Positions 1 to 8,888 of a DNA stretch of 64,000 nt are shown in pieces. This DNA comes from Eubacteriales bacterium (GTDB taxonomy: Bacteria > Bacillota > Clostridia > Oscillospirales > CAG-272), in NCBI GenBank assembly GCA_045594745.1, contig JAZNZC010000151.1, positions 5,095 to 69,094 on the forward strand. Direction: 5' to 3'. How positions within the stretch are numbered: the first letter of the stretch is position 1; every line of letters starts with the position of its first letter. The notes beneath the pieces were generated by a model. The model was not told where the DNA came from. It saw nothing but the letters and a program-made list of their open reading frames with translations, and did no database searches. The position numbers and the translations under genes are program-made.

Positions 1-11
1 CACTGAAAGGT

Positions 12-386
12 TTGGATGGAGCACACGAGGAAATTATTGTTCCCGAACGCCCATTCTTTTCGGGGATTTCCGTTATCAAAATCAAATGCACCGAGTGCGG
101 CAAAGAACACGTTATTTTTGATAACAGACTCCACGGATACGACGGTATGACGGGCGAGGAAACAAAAGAAACATTGGAGTACGAGCCTCATTTCAAACGC
201 AAGTGTAAGGATGTTGTCTCCTTATACATCAAAATCGAAAATGACGAGTCATTCGAAGAGTTTCAAGAGAACACAGACCTCGGCTTTAGTGAGGAACAGT
301 ATTCGGATGCCTTTAGTTGGATCACCATTTATAAGGTGAACGAGATTGGCAAGAAAACAAAAATTTTTGATTGGGAAAGTGCATGA
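12..386 (+). CDS. hypothetical protein, probably 5'-truncated by the window edge
   Basis: Frame is open from nt 3 to TGA at 384-386. The listed start is TTG at 12. One CxxC (CTECG). No family recognised. Confidence 0.45.
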   Translation: MDGAHEEIIVPERPFFSGISVIKIKCTECGKEHVIFDNRLHGYDGMTGEETKETLEYEPHFKRKCKDVVSLYIKIENDESFEEFQENTDLGFSEEQYSDAFSWITIYKVNEIGKKTKIFDWESA

Positions 387-444
387 TATCTCCGCCCGTT
401 ATTTTGGCGCGGTGAAATGACAAAATAAGAAAGGTGGTTGCGCA

Positions 445-1107
445 ATGCAATATTATGACATATCAATAAAAAAGCTGCATTTTATTGTTACTCCCAAAGA
501 GCTCCGCTCAATTATGCGCGGTTTTCATCACGTCGTTGTAAATGCCGGAGTGAGAAAAGGGTATATAGAAAGTAATCCCAATGACTTTTTTCTGACATAT
601 GACGCTCTATATCAAAAATTAAAAAACGGCGAAAAACTGATTTGGGAAAAAGATTATGATATTGCCTGGTTTTCTACAGGTGTTACCGCTCATCTCGAAA
701 ATTGTATTTATCAACCGAATACAATGTTGAACACTCCACATTTTGCAGAGCCCTGCCCATATATTGAAACATTCCGCTTCCATATCACTATGAAGGAAGA
801 ATTGTCAACATCTTATTTCGTTGGTCAATTTCCCGAAAATGTCTGCGGACTGTGTTTGAGCTTTCCGTCAAAAGTAGAATATGAAAAGGATACACAAAAA
901 CATCCTATTGGTATTGTGAACCAAACAGAGTTGGATGACTTTGCAACTTATGAAGAATTGGTTGCGAGAATCAAAGCGATCACAAAGCCATTAAGGTTGG
1001 AGTTTAACGGCAAGGTTCATCGCACATCCGTTAGAATCAGCAATGATGCAAAAGCGGATTTTGAAAACTTTTATTTTGCAACCTTATACAAAACAAAAAT
1101 CGTTTAA
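445..1107 (+). CDS. hypothetical protein (220 aa), no recognisable domain
   Basis: ATG preceded by a purine-rich AAGAAAGGTGG tract. GC-rich hairpin CCGCCCG/CGGGCGG at 1147-1170 downstream of the stop. Confidence 0.6.
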   Translation: MQYYDISIKKLHFIVTPKELRSIMRGFHHVVVNAGVRKGYIESNPNDFFLTYDALYQKLKNGEKLIWEKDYDIAWFSTGVTAHLENCIYQPNTMLNTPHFAEPCPYIETFRFHITMKEELSTSYFVGQFPENVCGLCLSFPSKVEYEKDTQKHPIGIVNQTELDDFATYEELVARIKAITKPLRLEFNGKVHRTSVRISNDAKADFENFYFATLYKTKIV

Positions 1108-1320
1108 TCACACACGCAAAAAGGAAGAACAACGGTTAAATTTTCTCCGCCCGCCGATTTCGACGGGCGGGTTGCTTTGTCAGTCAGGTTTGTGGAGTGT
1201 GCATATTTGCATGATTCTTTATTTTTTTAGAAAAAAAGAGAAAACATCTTTACTTTTTCGCGCGGGCGTGTTACAATAAAGTGAAGAATTATAATTTATT
1301 ATAAAGAGAGGTATCTTTTT

Positions 1321-1917
1321 ATGACCGCAAAAGAACGCTTTTTAGAGATCTATAACGAAAAGATCACTCGCGAGGGTGCGGACAAGCTGCTCGACTTTTT
1401 GCTCAACGGCAGTGACTTTTTCACCGCTCCTGCCAGCACGCGCTATCACGGTGCTCACGAGGGCGGACTTGTTGAGCACAGCCTCAACGTGTATGATTGC
1501 CTCAAGGATATGATGGAGCGTCCTCGTATGAAGGAGCTCTACGGCATCGAATATCCCGAGGAAAGCATTGCCATTGCAGGTCTTTTGCACGACATCTGCA
1601 AGGTCAATTTCTATAAGACAAGCTATCGCAACGTCAAGGACGAGACCGGCAAATGGCAGAGCGTGCCTTACTATACCATCGAGGATACGCTCCCTTACGG
1701 CCACGGTGAAAAGTCCGCTTACATTGTTTCTGCATATATGAAACTCACGCGCGACGAGGCGTTTGCCATTCGTTATCACATGGGCTTCTCGGGTACCGAG
1801 GACCCCGGCAACGTAGGACGTGCACTTGAAATGTTCCCCTTGGCTTACGCTACCTGCTGTGCCGATATGGAAGCCGCATTCCTCATGGAAGGAAAGCTTG
1901 CGGGGGAGAATAAATGA
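1321..1917 (+). CDS. HD-domain phosphohydrolase (YhaM-like HD domain, no OB fold)
   Basis: Motifs YHGAHEGGLVEHSL and LLHDICK. RBS AGAGAGG. Stop overlaps the next start (ATGA at 1914-1917). Confidence 0.8.
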   Translation: MTAKERFLEIYNEKITREGADKLLDFLLNGSDFFTAPASTRYHGAHEGGLVEHSLNVYDCLKDMMERPRMKELYGIEYPEESIAIAGLLHDICKVNFYKTSYRNVKDETGKWQSVPYYTIEDTLPYGHGEKSAYIVSAYMKLTRDEAFAIRYHMGFSGTEDPGNVGRALEMFPLAYATCCADMEAAFLMEGKLAGENK

Positions 1918-2579
1918 GTTATTTATCCACCCGTGCCCGCCGCGTGCTGATCCATCTGTGCTACTTTTTGCCTGCGTTGTTTGGTATTGTTCTTTTGATC
2001 TACGCCTCTGTTCCGCACCTTTGGTTTGTGTATAACGGCGAGGCGTATTCCACAATGAACCTTTTTGAGCTGCAGGGCAACGCATGGGATTTTTACGCGC
2101 AGATCGAGGCGGGACTTATTGAGAGCAACGAGTCTGTGGTTTGGTTCGAGCAACTGTTGCCTGTTGTCAGCATTCTGTTTTGGGTTCTGCCCATTCTTTA
2201 CGCCCTGGTGACGCTTATGGTCACCGTTTGCTCGGTCGTGGCGTTTTCCTTTGAACCCACCTCGCGCATCGCCAACCGCACCAAGCGTATTTTGCATTTG
2301 GTATGTCCCAATCGCGTGACGTATCTCTTAATGCCGCTGTTGCCGCTGTTTTCATCTCTTTTCCCGCAACTGCTTTTGTGGCTCTACCGTTGGCAAGGGC
2401 TGAACATTCGTCTTTACAATTTCTTCGTATCCGATTGGATACTCGTGCTCATCTTTGCTGTAGTCAATGCGGTGGTATTCATCCTTTTGTTGCCCGTGCA
2501 AAATGAGGCGCATCTTGATATGTTCCGCATCTACAAATCGGGCGCGCAGATAAAGAGAAGGGGAGAAGAGCAGATATGA
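1914..2579 (+). CDS. integral membrane protein, unknown family
   Basis: Several long hydrophobic segments. Translationally coupled on both sides by ATGA overlaps at 1914 and 2576. Confidence 0.7.
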   Translation: MSYLSTRARRVLIHLCYFLPALFGIVLLIYASVPHLWFVYNGEAYSTMNLFELQGNAWDFYAQIEAGLIESNESVVWFEQLLPVVSILFWVLPILYALVTLMVTVCSVVAFSFEPTSRIANRTKRILHLVCPNRVTYLLMPLLPLFSSLFPQLLLWLYRWQGLNIRLYNFFVSDWILVLIFAVVNAVVFILLLPVQNEAHLDMFRIYKSGAQIKRRGEEQI

Positions 2580-3040
2580 AACAGACCACCCTTTGCTATC
2601 TTGAGTGCGGCGACGAGTATTTGATGCTTCACCGTACCAAGAAAAAGAATGACGAAAATCACGATAAATGGATCGGCGTTGGTGGCAAATTTGAGGCGAA
2701 TGAAAGCCCCGAGGATTGTATGCGCCGCGAGATCTTTGAAGAAACGGGATTGACGGTGACCGATTATCGCTATCGCGGCATCGTGACCTTTGTTTCCGAC
2801 ATTTACGAGACCGAATATATGCACCTTTTTACCGTTACGAATTGGACGGGCGAGGCGCGCGAGTGCGACGAGGGAGAGCTTGCCTGGATCAAAAAGCAAA
2901 AGCTGTTTGACCTGACCCTTTGGCAAGGTGACCGCATCTTTTTGCGCCTGTTGCAAGAGGATGCGCCCTTTTTCTCCCTCAAGCTCACCTACCAAGGCGA
3001 CGAGCTGATAGAAGCCGTTTTGGATGGCAAAAAAATATAA
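2576..3040 (+). CDS. NUDIX hydrolase (MutT/8-oxo-dGTPase-like)
   Basis: Complete Nudix box GKFEANESPEDCMRREIFEETGL (G-x5-E-x7-REUxEExGU). Confidence 0.85.
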   Translation: MKQTTLCYLECGDEYLMLHRTKKKNDENHDKWIGVGGKFEANESPEDCMRREIFEETGLTVTDYRYRGIVTFVSDIYETEYMHLFTVTNWTGEARECDEGELAWIKKQKLFDLTLWQGDRIFLRLLQEDAPFFSLKLTYQGDELIEAVLDGKKI

Positions 3041-3113
3041 GCTATCTGTGGAACTGTTTGCAAACACCCCCTATCTATTGAGATAATTTGTTAGAGTGTT
3101 TTTTGGAAGGGGT

Positions 3114-3150
3114 GTGGGGAGACCTTTTTTGCAAAAAAAGGTCTCCCCAC
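3114..3150 (+). terminator. 17-bp perfect hairpin between the Nudix gene and the sbcD-like gene
   Basis: GTGGGGAGACCTTTTTT-gca-AAAAAAGGTCTCCCCAC. A/T tracts lie inside the stem, so it could terminate in either direction. Confidence 0.5.
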
Positions 3151-3180
3151 AATCACTCCCACGAAAGGAGGAGCGAACTT

Positions 3181-4245
3181 ATGAAGTTAATACACTGTGC
3201 CGACATTCACTTGGATTCCCCGATGGAGACGAACTTGAGCGCCGACAAGGCAAGAGAGCGCAAATTGGAGATTCGCTCCACCTTCTCGCGCATGGTACGC
3301 GCGGCAGCCGATGAGGGCGTCGAAGCGATCCTGATAGCGGGCGACCTGTTCGACGGTGCAAGAGTTACCAAGAGCACCGAAAATTACGTGCTTGATCTGA
3401 TCGCATCCTATCCGATGATCGATTTTTTCTATCTTTCGGGCAATCACGATAAGGGAAGTGCGATTTTTTCTGCGACGCAACTGCCTGCAAATCTTCACAC
3501 ATTTGGTTTGACGTGGACTACATATCGACAAGGCAATATTGTTATCGCAGGTGCGGAAATCCCCGATGCCGATACACTTTCCCTGAATCCTGACGATATC
3601 AACATTCTGCTCCTGCACGGCCAAGAACGCCGCAGTGCAGGTGTGGCAGGAGAGGATATCATCCACCTCGGCCGCTTCAAAAATAAGAATGTTGACTATG
3701 CGGCACTTGGTCACATTCACGAGCACCGCGTACTGCGTCTCGATTCTCGTGGCATCGCCGCTTACAGCGGATGCCTTGAAGGGCGCGGCTTTGATGAGTG
3801 CGGAACCAAAGGTTACGTACTTTTGAATATTGAGGGCGGTCGTGTTTCACACCGCTTTATCCCGTTTGCCACGCGTACGCTCCACACCGTGGAGTGTGAT
3901 ATCACGGGTTTTTCCTCTGGGCTCGATTTAGAGCAAAGAATGCTTGCATCTGTTGCAGATATCGTATCGGGGGATATGGTCAAGGTCATCCTCACGGGCA
4001 CTTGCCCCGCCGAGGCAATGCTTGATCTCGCCCATTTGCGCGGCATCCTTGCCGAGAGGTTTTATTTTGCAAAAATCAAGGATGAAACACGCCTTTCTAT
4101 CAACGCCGAGGATTACGCTCACGATATTTCACTCAAGGGCGAATTTGTACGTCGCGTAATGGCTTCTTCGCTCCCCGAAGCTGAAAAAGAACGCGTCATT
4201 GCCTGCGGTTTCCGCGCATTGTCGGGAGAGGAGCTTGGCCTATGA
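3181..4245 (+). CDS. SbcD-like metallophosphoesterase / DNA repair exonuclease (YhaO-type)
   Basis: Start moved to ATG 3181 (MKLIHCADIHLD) behind RBS AAAGGAGGAG. Motifs DIH, GDLFD, GNHD and GHIH. Stop overlaps the next start. Confidence 0.85.
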   Translation: MKLIHCADIHLDSPMETNLSADKARERKLEIRSTFSRMVRAAADEGVEAILIAGDLFDGARVTKSTENYVLDLIASYPMIDFFYLSGNHDKGSAIFSATQLPANLHTFGLTWTTYRQGNIVIAGAEIPDADTLSLNPDDINILLLHGQERRSAGVAGEDIIHLGRFKNKNVDYAALGHIHEHRVLRLDSRGIAAYSGCLEGRGFDECGTKGYVLLNIEGGRVSHRFIPFATRTLHTVECDITGFSSGLDLEQRMLASVADIVSGDMVKVILTGTCPAEAMLDLAHLRGILAERFYFAKIKDETRLSINAEDYAHDISLKGEFVRRVMASSLPEAEKERVIACGFRALSGEELGL

Positions 4246-6779
4246 GATTGATCAGATTACACGTCGAAAATTTCGGCAAGCTGCAAAATTTTGATTATTC
4301 TTTCGATAAGGGACTCAATGTCTTACTCGAAGAAAACGGCTGGGGCAAGAGCACCTTGGCCGCCTTTATCAAAGCGATGCTTTACGGTATGCCTGCCAGC
4401 AGCAAGCAGTCTCTTGACGAAAACGAACGCAAAAAATATATGCCTTGGCAGGGCGGCGCTTATGGCGGCAGTCTTGAGTTTTCCACCGCGTCGGGCAAAT
4501 ACCGCATCGAACGCTTTTTCGGCGCAAAAGAAAGCGGTGACAGCTTCGCTCTTTATGACCTTGCCACCAACTGCGAGAGCCGACGCTATTCCCAGCGCTT
4601 GGGCGAGGAGCTTTTCGGCATCGATGCCGACGGTTTTGCACGCACGGTTTATCTTTCCCAACACGCAGTTATCGCCAAGGGAGATAACAATAGCATCACA
4701 GCAAAGCTCGGTGATCTTCTCGACGACGTCGACGACATCGGCAGCTTTGATGATGCTATGGCGGCGCTCGAAAAGCGCAGAAAGTATTACAAAATGACGG
4801 GCGAGAGAGGTCGCATTGCCGACATTGAGCGTGAGATCGCGGCTTTGCGTGCACAGATCGAACAGCTTTCTCGCACCGAGGATATTATGCGCCAAAAGGA
4901 AAGCGAGCTTTCTCTGCTTGGTGAACGCATCAAAGAAACAAGTGCATCTATTGAAGAGGTGCGCGCTACTCTGCGCCGCGCAGGCACCGTGCGCGAAAGA
5001 GCGGCTCTGACAGCGCAAAAAGAGCGGATGCAAAAGGAGCTTTCTGCCCTTGAGGAGTCGGCACGCTCTCTTGACACCAGAATGAGAGGGAAACATCCCT
5101 CGTCTGAGGAAATTGAGCAAAAGCGTCGTCTTTTGGATAGCATCCGCGAAGCGCGTGCGCGTGTAAATGAGATTGCATCTATCTCGACACAAACCGAAAA
5201 ATATGAAATTTTGAACCCCGATTTTGCAGGAACGCTTCCAAGCCGTGAGGATCTCGCGTCTATGCTTTCCGCAAATCTCGAGCTGCAAAACATTGCTCAC
5301 CGTGAGGCAGGATTGAGTACCCCCGCAGAAACTCCTGCCGCACGCCACTTTGCGCACAAAGCGCCGCCCACCGAGGGGGAGATGAAATCCCTTTTGGATG
5401 CCCTTGCCGCCGAAGAGACGGCACGAACCGCTCAAAAGAAGCAAACGGGTAGCAAAAAACGCATACCTGCTGTTGTTTGTCTCATTCTTGCCGTTCTGTT
5501 TTTGATTGTGGCATTTGCACTAACACCTGTTTGGCTTGCCGCAGCGGCGGTTTGGGGCATCCTCTCACTCGTCTTGTTCTTGCGCAAAGAAAAAGATACC
5601 CCAAACAACTCTGCACCGGGCACTCTGCACTCTGCAATCCCCGCCGCCCGCGAGATGCTTTCGAGCTATGGACTCTCCACCGAGGGCAACCTGCGCGACG
5701 GACTCACCGAGCTCTCATTCCTCGCTCGCCAATGGCGCGAGGGAGAAGCGGCCGAGCAAAAACGCATCAAGGCATTGCAAGCTCTGCGCGCGCAAAAGCA
5801 ACAACTGTTGCGCGGATTGCAAGAGAAATTCCGCACTTGGGATATTATCCTCCCCCCGAAAAATGACTACCGTGACGACATTGAGGCTTTGCGCCGTGAT
5901 ACCGCTCGTATCATTCGCGCGGCCGCCGAAGCAGAACAGCGGAACCGCCGCCGCGAAGCGGCTCTCGCAGAGCAAAAACACTTGCAAGCAGAGCTGACAC
6001 CCTTCTTGCGCCACTTTGACCCCGACGGCAAAATGAAGCCCTCGGAATGCCTTGATCGCGTACAGGAATGGGAGACCGAATACCGCCGCCTTTCCCACCG
6101 CATCCCACAGCTGCGCGAGGAGCTTGCACGCTTTGTTGCCGAAAAGGGACTTGCTGCTCACACCGAGCAAGAAACTATCACGCTCCCCGACGTCGATGCG
6201 CTGACCGCGCGTGAGCGTGCAATGCAAAGGGAACTCAATGAAATGCAGAACCGTCAAGCGGAGCTCAAGAGCCACATCGGTCGCCTTGCCACCGATGCCG
6301 AGCGCTTGCCCGAGGTAGAAGCCACCGTTCGTGCACTCGAAGAGGAGCTTTCCATCGCACGCGCCAACAGCACCACCATTGCCAATACCGCGCAGTTTTT
6401 GGAAGAGGCAAAATCGGGGCTCTCGACGCGCTATCTTGCCGATATGCAAACGAGTTTTTCTAACCTTTTGCAAACGCTGATGGATAAAAACGCCCCCGAA
6501 TCGGTGATGGATACCTCGTTCAAGGTCAAGCTTCGCGAGGGCGGAAAAACGCAACACCCCGAGTCCTTGAGCCAAGGCTGGCGCGATGCCACACAGTTCT
6601 GCGTGCGTCTTTCCCTTGCCGAGGCACTCTACGCCGAGGGGGAAAAACCGCCCATCATTCTCGACGATCCCTTTGTCAATCTCGATGAACGCCGATTGGA
6701 AGCCGCAAAACGACTTCTTGTGGCACTTTCCCAAAAGTATCAGATTTTGTATCTGGTCTGCCACGCCGAGCGGAGGTAA
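4242..6779 (+). CDS. SbcC/YhaN-like AAA ATPase with long coiled coil and a central hydrophobic hairpin
   Basis: Walker A ENGWGKST. C-terminal Walker B PPIILDDPFVNLD. Charged heptad-like middle. Hydrophobic stretch encoded at about 5464-5583. Confidence 0.85.
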   Translation: MRLIRLHVENFGKLQNFDYSFDKGLNVLLEENGWGKSTLAAFIKAMLYGMPASSKQSLDENERKKYMPWQGGAYGGSLEFSTASGKYRIERFFGAKESGDSFALYDLATNCESRRYSQRLGEELFGIDADGFARTVYLSQHAVIAKGDNNSITAKLGDLLDDVDDIGSFDDAMAALEKRRKYYKMTGERGRIADIEREIAALRAQIEQLSRTEDIMRQKESELSLLGERIKETSASIEEVRATLRRAGTVRERAALTAQKERMQKELSALEESARSLDTRMRGKHPSSEEIEQKRRLLDSIREARARVNEIASISTQTEKYEILNPDFAGTLPSREDLASMLSANLELQNIAHREAGLSTPAETPAARHFAHKAPPTEGEMKSLLDALAAEETARTAQKKQTGSKKRIPAVVCLILAVLFLIVAFALTPVWLAAAAVWGILSLVLFLRKEKDTPNNSAPGTLHSAIPAAREMLSSYGLSTEGNLRDGLTELSFLARQWREGEAAEQKRIKALQALRAQKQQLLRGLQEKFRTWDIILPPKNDYRDDIEALRRDTARIIRAAAEAEQRNRRREAALAEQKHLQAELTPFLRHFDPDGKMKPSECLDRVQEWETEYRRLSHRIPQLREELARFVAEKGLAAHTEQETITLPDVDALTARERAMQRELNEMQNRQAELKSHIGRLATDAERLPEVEATVRALEEELSIARANSTTIANTAQFLEEAKSGLSTRYLADMQTSFSNLLQTLMDKNAPESVMDTSFKVKLREGGKTQHPESLSQGWRDATQFCVRLSLAEALYAEGEKPPIILDDPFVNLDERRLEAAKRLLVALSQKYQILYLVCHAERR

Positions 6780-6783
6780 CAGA

Positions 6784-7920
6784 ATGAAGCCATTGGGACT
6801 TTATTTGCACATTCCGTTCTGTCGCTCTAAATGCCTCTACTGTGATTTTTGCTCTTTTCCGCGCGCGGATGAAGCAAGGATGAAAGAATACGTCTTGGCA
6901 CTTTGCCGTGACTTGAGGGCATACGCCCCTGCTTGCCGCGAGTACACGGTCGACACCGTTTTTCTCGGCGGCGGAACCCCCACCACGCTCCCCGCACATC
7001 TGTTGGAAGAAGTGATGGGAGAGATCTATAAAAATTATCACGTTGCGCCTGATGCAGAGATCACCGCTGAGTGCAACCCCGTCACGGGCGAGCGAGAACT
7101 CTTCTCGCGGATGCGTGCGGCAGGTATCAATCGGTTGAGCATTGGATTGCAGAGCGCACACCTAAAAGAACTCAAAGCGCTCGGACGCTTGCATGATTTC
7201 GATACCTTTTCCGCCTGTTTCGCGGACGCGCGCGCCGCTGGGTTTGAGAACATCAGCGTGGACGTGATGTCGGGTATTCCGCATCAAACGCCCGAGAGCC
7301 GCCGCGAGACTTTGCAAAAGGTCTTGGCGCTCGCGCCCGAGCATATCTCGTCCTACGACCTCATCATCGAAGAGGGAACACCCTTTTTCAAAAAGCAGGA
7401 TACGCTACCGCTCCCCGATGAGGATGCCGCACGACGGATGTACCTCGAGGGAATCGATGCCCTATCACAAAACGGCTACGCGCAATACGAGATCAGTAAT
7501 TTTGCACGCGCAGGGTACGAGTCGCGCCACAACCTCAAATATTGGAACTGTGATGAATATCTCGGCTTTGGTGTAGCGGCACATTCTGATTTTGGCGGCG
7601 TACGTTTTGGAAACTCGCGTGATATCGATGCTTATCTCGCAGGTCGCGACATCACAGAAGAGAGAAGTACTCCCGATAAGGCAGAACGTATCAATGAATA
7701 CGTCATGCTTCGCTTCCGCTTGTGCGAGGGCGTGGATGTCACTGCTTTCGAGAACCGCTTTGGAGTCTCTTTTGAGGGGACGTATGGCAAAAAACTTGCA
7801 CCGTTCATCGCGTCGGAGCTTGTTCGCCGCGAAGGCGGCAGATATTTCCTCTCACCCGAGGGGATGCTTGTCAGCAACGCGATCCTTTCCCAAATTTTGG
7901 ATTTTGCACCGCAAAAATGA
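6784..7920 (+). CDS. hemW: radical SAM heme chaperone HemW (HemN-like, oxygen-independent coproporphyrinogen oxidase family)
   Basis: Start at ATG 6784 (MKPLGLYLHIPFCRSKCLYCDFC, CxxxCxxC) behind RBS GGAGG. The 6586 start in the ORF track overlaps the upstream gene. Confidence 0.9.
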   Translation: MKPLGLYLHIPFCRSKCLYCDFCSFPRADEARMKEYVLALCRDLRAYAPACREYTVDTVFLGGGTPTTLPAHLLEEVMGEIYKNYHVAPDAEITAECNPVTGERELFSRMRAAGINRLSIGLQSAHLKELKALGRLHDFDTFSACFADARAAGFENISVDVMSGIPHQTPESRRETLQKVLALAPEHISSYDLIIEEGTPFFKKQDTLPLPDEDAARRMYLEGIDALSQNGYAQYEISNFARAGYESRHNLKYWNCDEYLGFGVAAHSDFGGVRFGNSRDIDAYLAGRDITEERSTPDKAERINEYVMLRFRLCEGVDVTAFENRFGVSFEGTYGKKLAPFIASELVRREGGRYFLSPEGMLVSNAILSQILDFAPQK

Positions 7921-7994
7921 AAAACCACTTGACAAGTGCGCGAATTTCGTGTACAATAATGACAAATACTATTACTGAAAAAGAGGACAAAACA

Positions 7995-8297
7995 ATGAAC
8001 GAAAACGAACGCGAATTTTTTACGCTGGTCGACGAAGACGGCAGTGAGATCGAATTTGAAAAGATCGGTGAGATCACTCTCAACGAAAAGGTTTACTTTG
8101 CAATGATCCCTGCAGAGGCGGCAGAGAACGCAGCACAGAACGACGGCGGTTTTTGCGAGTACGTAGTTCTCCGTCTTGAAAAGGATGAGAACGGCGAAGA
8201 TACCCTTGTGAGCGTTGACGACGACGATGAGTTCGACAACGTAGCCGACGTATTTGACGATATGTTCTCCGAGGAGATCGACTACGACGGCAACTAA
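7995..8297 (+). CDS. DUF1292 family small acidic protein
   Basis: MNENEREFFTLVDEDGSEIEFE... with an acidic C-terminus. RBS AAGAGGA upstream of ATG 7995. Confidence 0.8.
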   Translation: MNENEREFFTLVDEDGSEIEFEKIGEITLNEKVYFAMIPAEAAENAAQNDGGFCEYVVLRLEKDENGEDTLVSVDDDDEFDNVADVFDDMFSEEIDYDGN

Positions 8298-8308
8298 AAA
8301 AGATTTAT

Positions 8309-8523
8309 AACCTGCTTAGTGCGTGATGGTTCGGTGATTTGTGAACCTACAAGAGATTAAAGGAGTCCAAGGCAGGTGGTGGTTTGCAGACCTCCCGTTT
8401 GCTTGCATCGATTGACTTGTCTCGGCAGCAAAACGGACGTTGGGAGCAGTAAAGCCGCCCCGAGGACACCGCCCTGAACTACAGGGTTCCGACTGCCCGA
8501 CCACACGGCTCGGCGGGTTTTTT
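8309..8523 (+). ncRNA. candidate structured RNA of unassigned class, ending in an intrinsic terminator
   Basis: Hand-paired helices: 8310-8317/8370-8377, 8328-8332/8343-8347, 8392-8406/8425-8446, 8471-8476/8482-8487. Terminator stem 8496-8517 followed by T6 at 8518-8523. GC-rich relative to its flanks. Confidence 0.35.
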
Positions 8524-8530
8524 AGAAACG

Positions 8531-8698
8531 ATGTTTGCCTTCGGCAAATGATGTTGAGCTTCGCTCAATGATGACGGCAAAGCCTGATGATGTGTGCCTT
8601 GCGGCACATGGGGCAAACATTGCATCACAGTACGCGAGCGTGCTACATCACTGTGAGCGAAGCGAATAACATCACTTTTGCGCAAGCAAAAACATCAC
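8531..8698. repeat. array of about 8 short hairpin units separated by TGATG (left half) or CATCAC (right half)
   Basis: Hairpins at 8534-8548, 8554-8568, 8593-8608, 8613-8623, 8630-8643 and 8676-8691, plus two weaker ones. TGATG at 8549, 8569 and 8585-8592. CATCAC at 8623, 8646, 8670 and 8693. Confidence 0.7.
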
Positions 8699-8720
8699 TT
8701 TATACAATTCAATAAAAAGA

Positions 8721-8760
8721 GGAGCACGAACCGAGACGTTCGCGCTCCTTTTCTTTCCTT
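8721..8760 (+). terminator. rho-independent terminator
   Basis: GGAGCACGAAC-cgagac-GTTCGCGCTCC (10 of 11 bp) followed by a T-rich tail, and preceded by an A tract. Confidence 0.7.
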
Positions 8761-8792
8761 TTTTGTTTTTTCTCCTTTTTTCTCTCTTTTGT

Positions 8793-8822
8793 GTAGACAA
8801 ATGCGCTATGTCGTGCTATAAT
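8793..8822 (+). promoter_or_regulatory. sigma-A-type promoter for the phosphoesterase gene
   Basis: TAGACA at 8793-8798, 18-nt spacer, extended -10 TGcTATAAT at 8814-8822. Confidence 0.5.
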
Positions 8823-8888
8823 ATATGGTGTATGGAAAATGTGCACCGCGTGGCGTTGCAGGATCGTTGATTTGTTTTGGAGGGCACG

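Noticed and set aside
3181-6779. SbcD/SbcC-like pair as an anti-phage defence system (Lamassu, Wadjet or Gabija-like)
   Set aside because: The pair sits in a conserved housekeeping context (a YhaM-like HD gene upstream, then hemW, DUF1292, spoVG and murC downstream) matching the Bacillus yhaO/yhaN arrangement. No effector nuclease, kleisin or mobile-element hallmarks are nearby.
6586-6783. Upstream extension of hemW to the 6586 start given in the ORF track
   Set aside because: It overlaps the last 194 nt of the SbcC-like gene in another frame. ATG 6784 has a GGAGG RBS and begins the conserved MKPLGLYLHIPFC N-terminus.
8309-8523. Assignment of the structured region to SRP RNA, tmRNA, RNase P RNA, a T-box, or the TPP, FMN, SAM, c-di-GMP or glycine riboswitches
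   Set aside because: I looked on both strands for the hallmark strings. These were the SRP GGAAGCAGC helix-8 motif, the tmRNA GGGG...CCACCA ends, RNase P GGAAAGTCC, the T-box GGTGGTACCGCG, TPP CTGAGA, and the GEMM ACGCAAAGCC motif with its GGCAAACC partner. I found only short partial resemblances. There is also no downstream gene for a cis-regulator.
8531-8698. CRISPR array
   Set aside because: The units are only about 20-24 nt in total. The palindromic cores differ from one another while the short spacers (TGATG/CATCAC) are the conserved part, which is the reverse of CRISPR logic. No cas genes are present.
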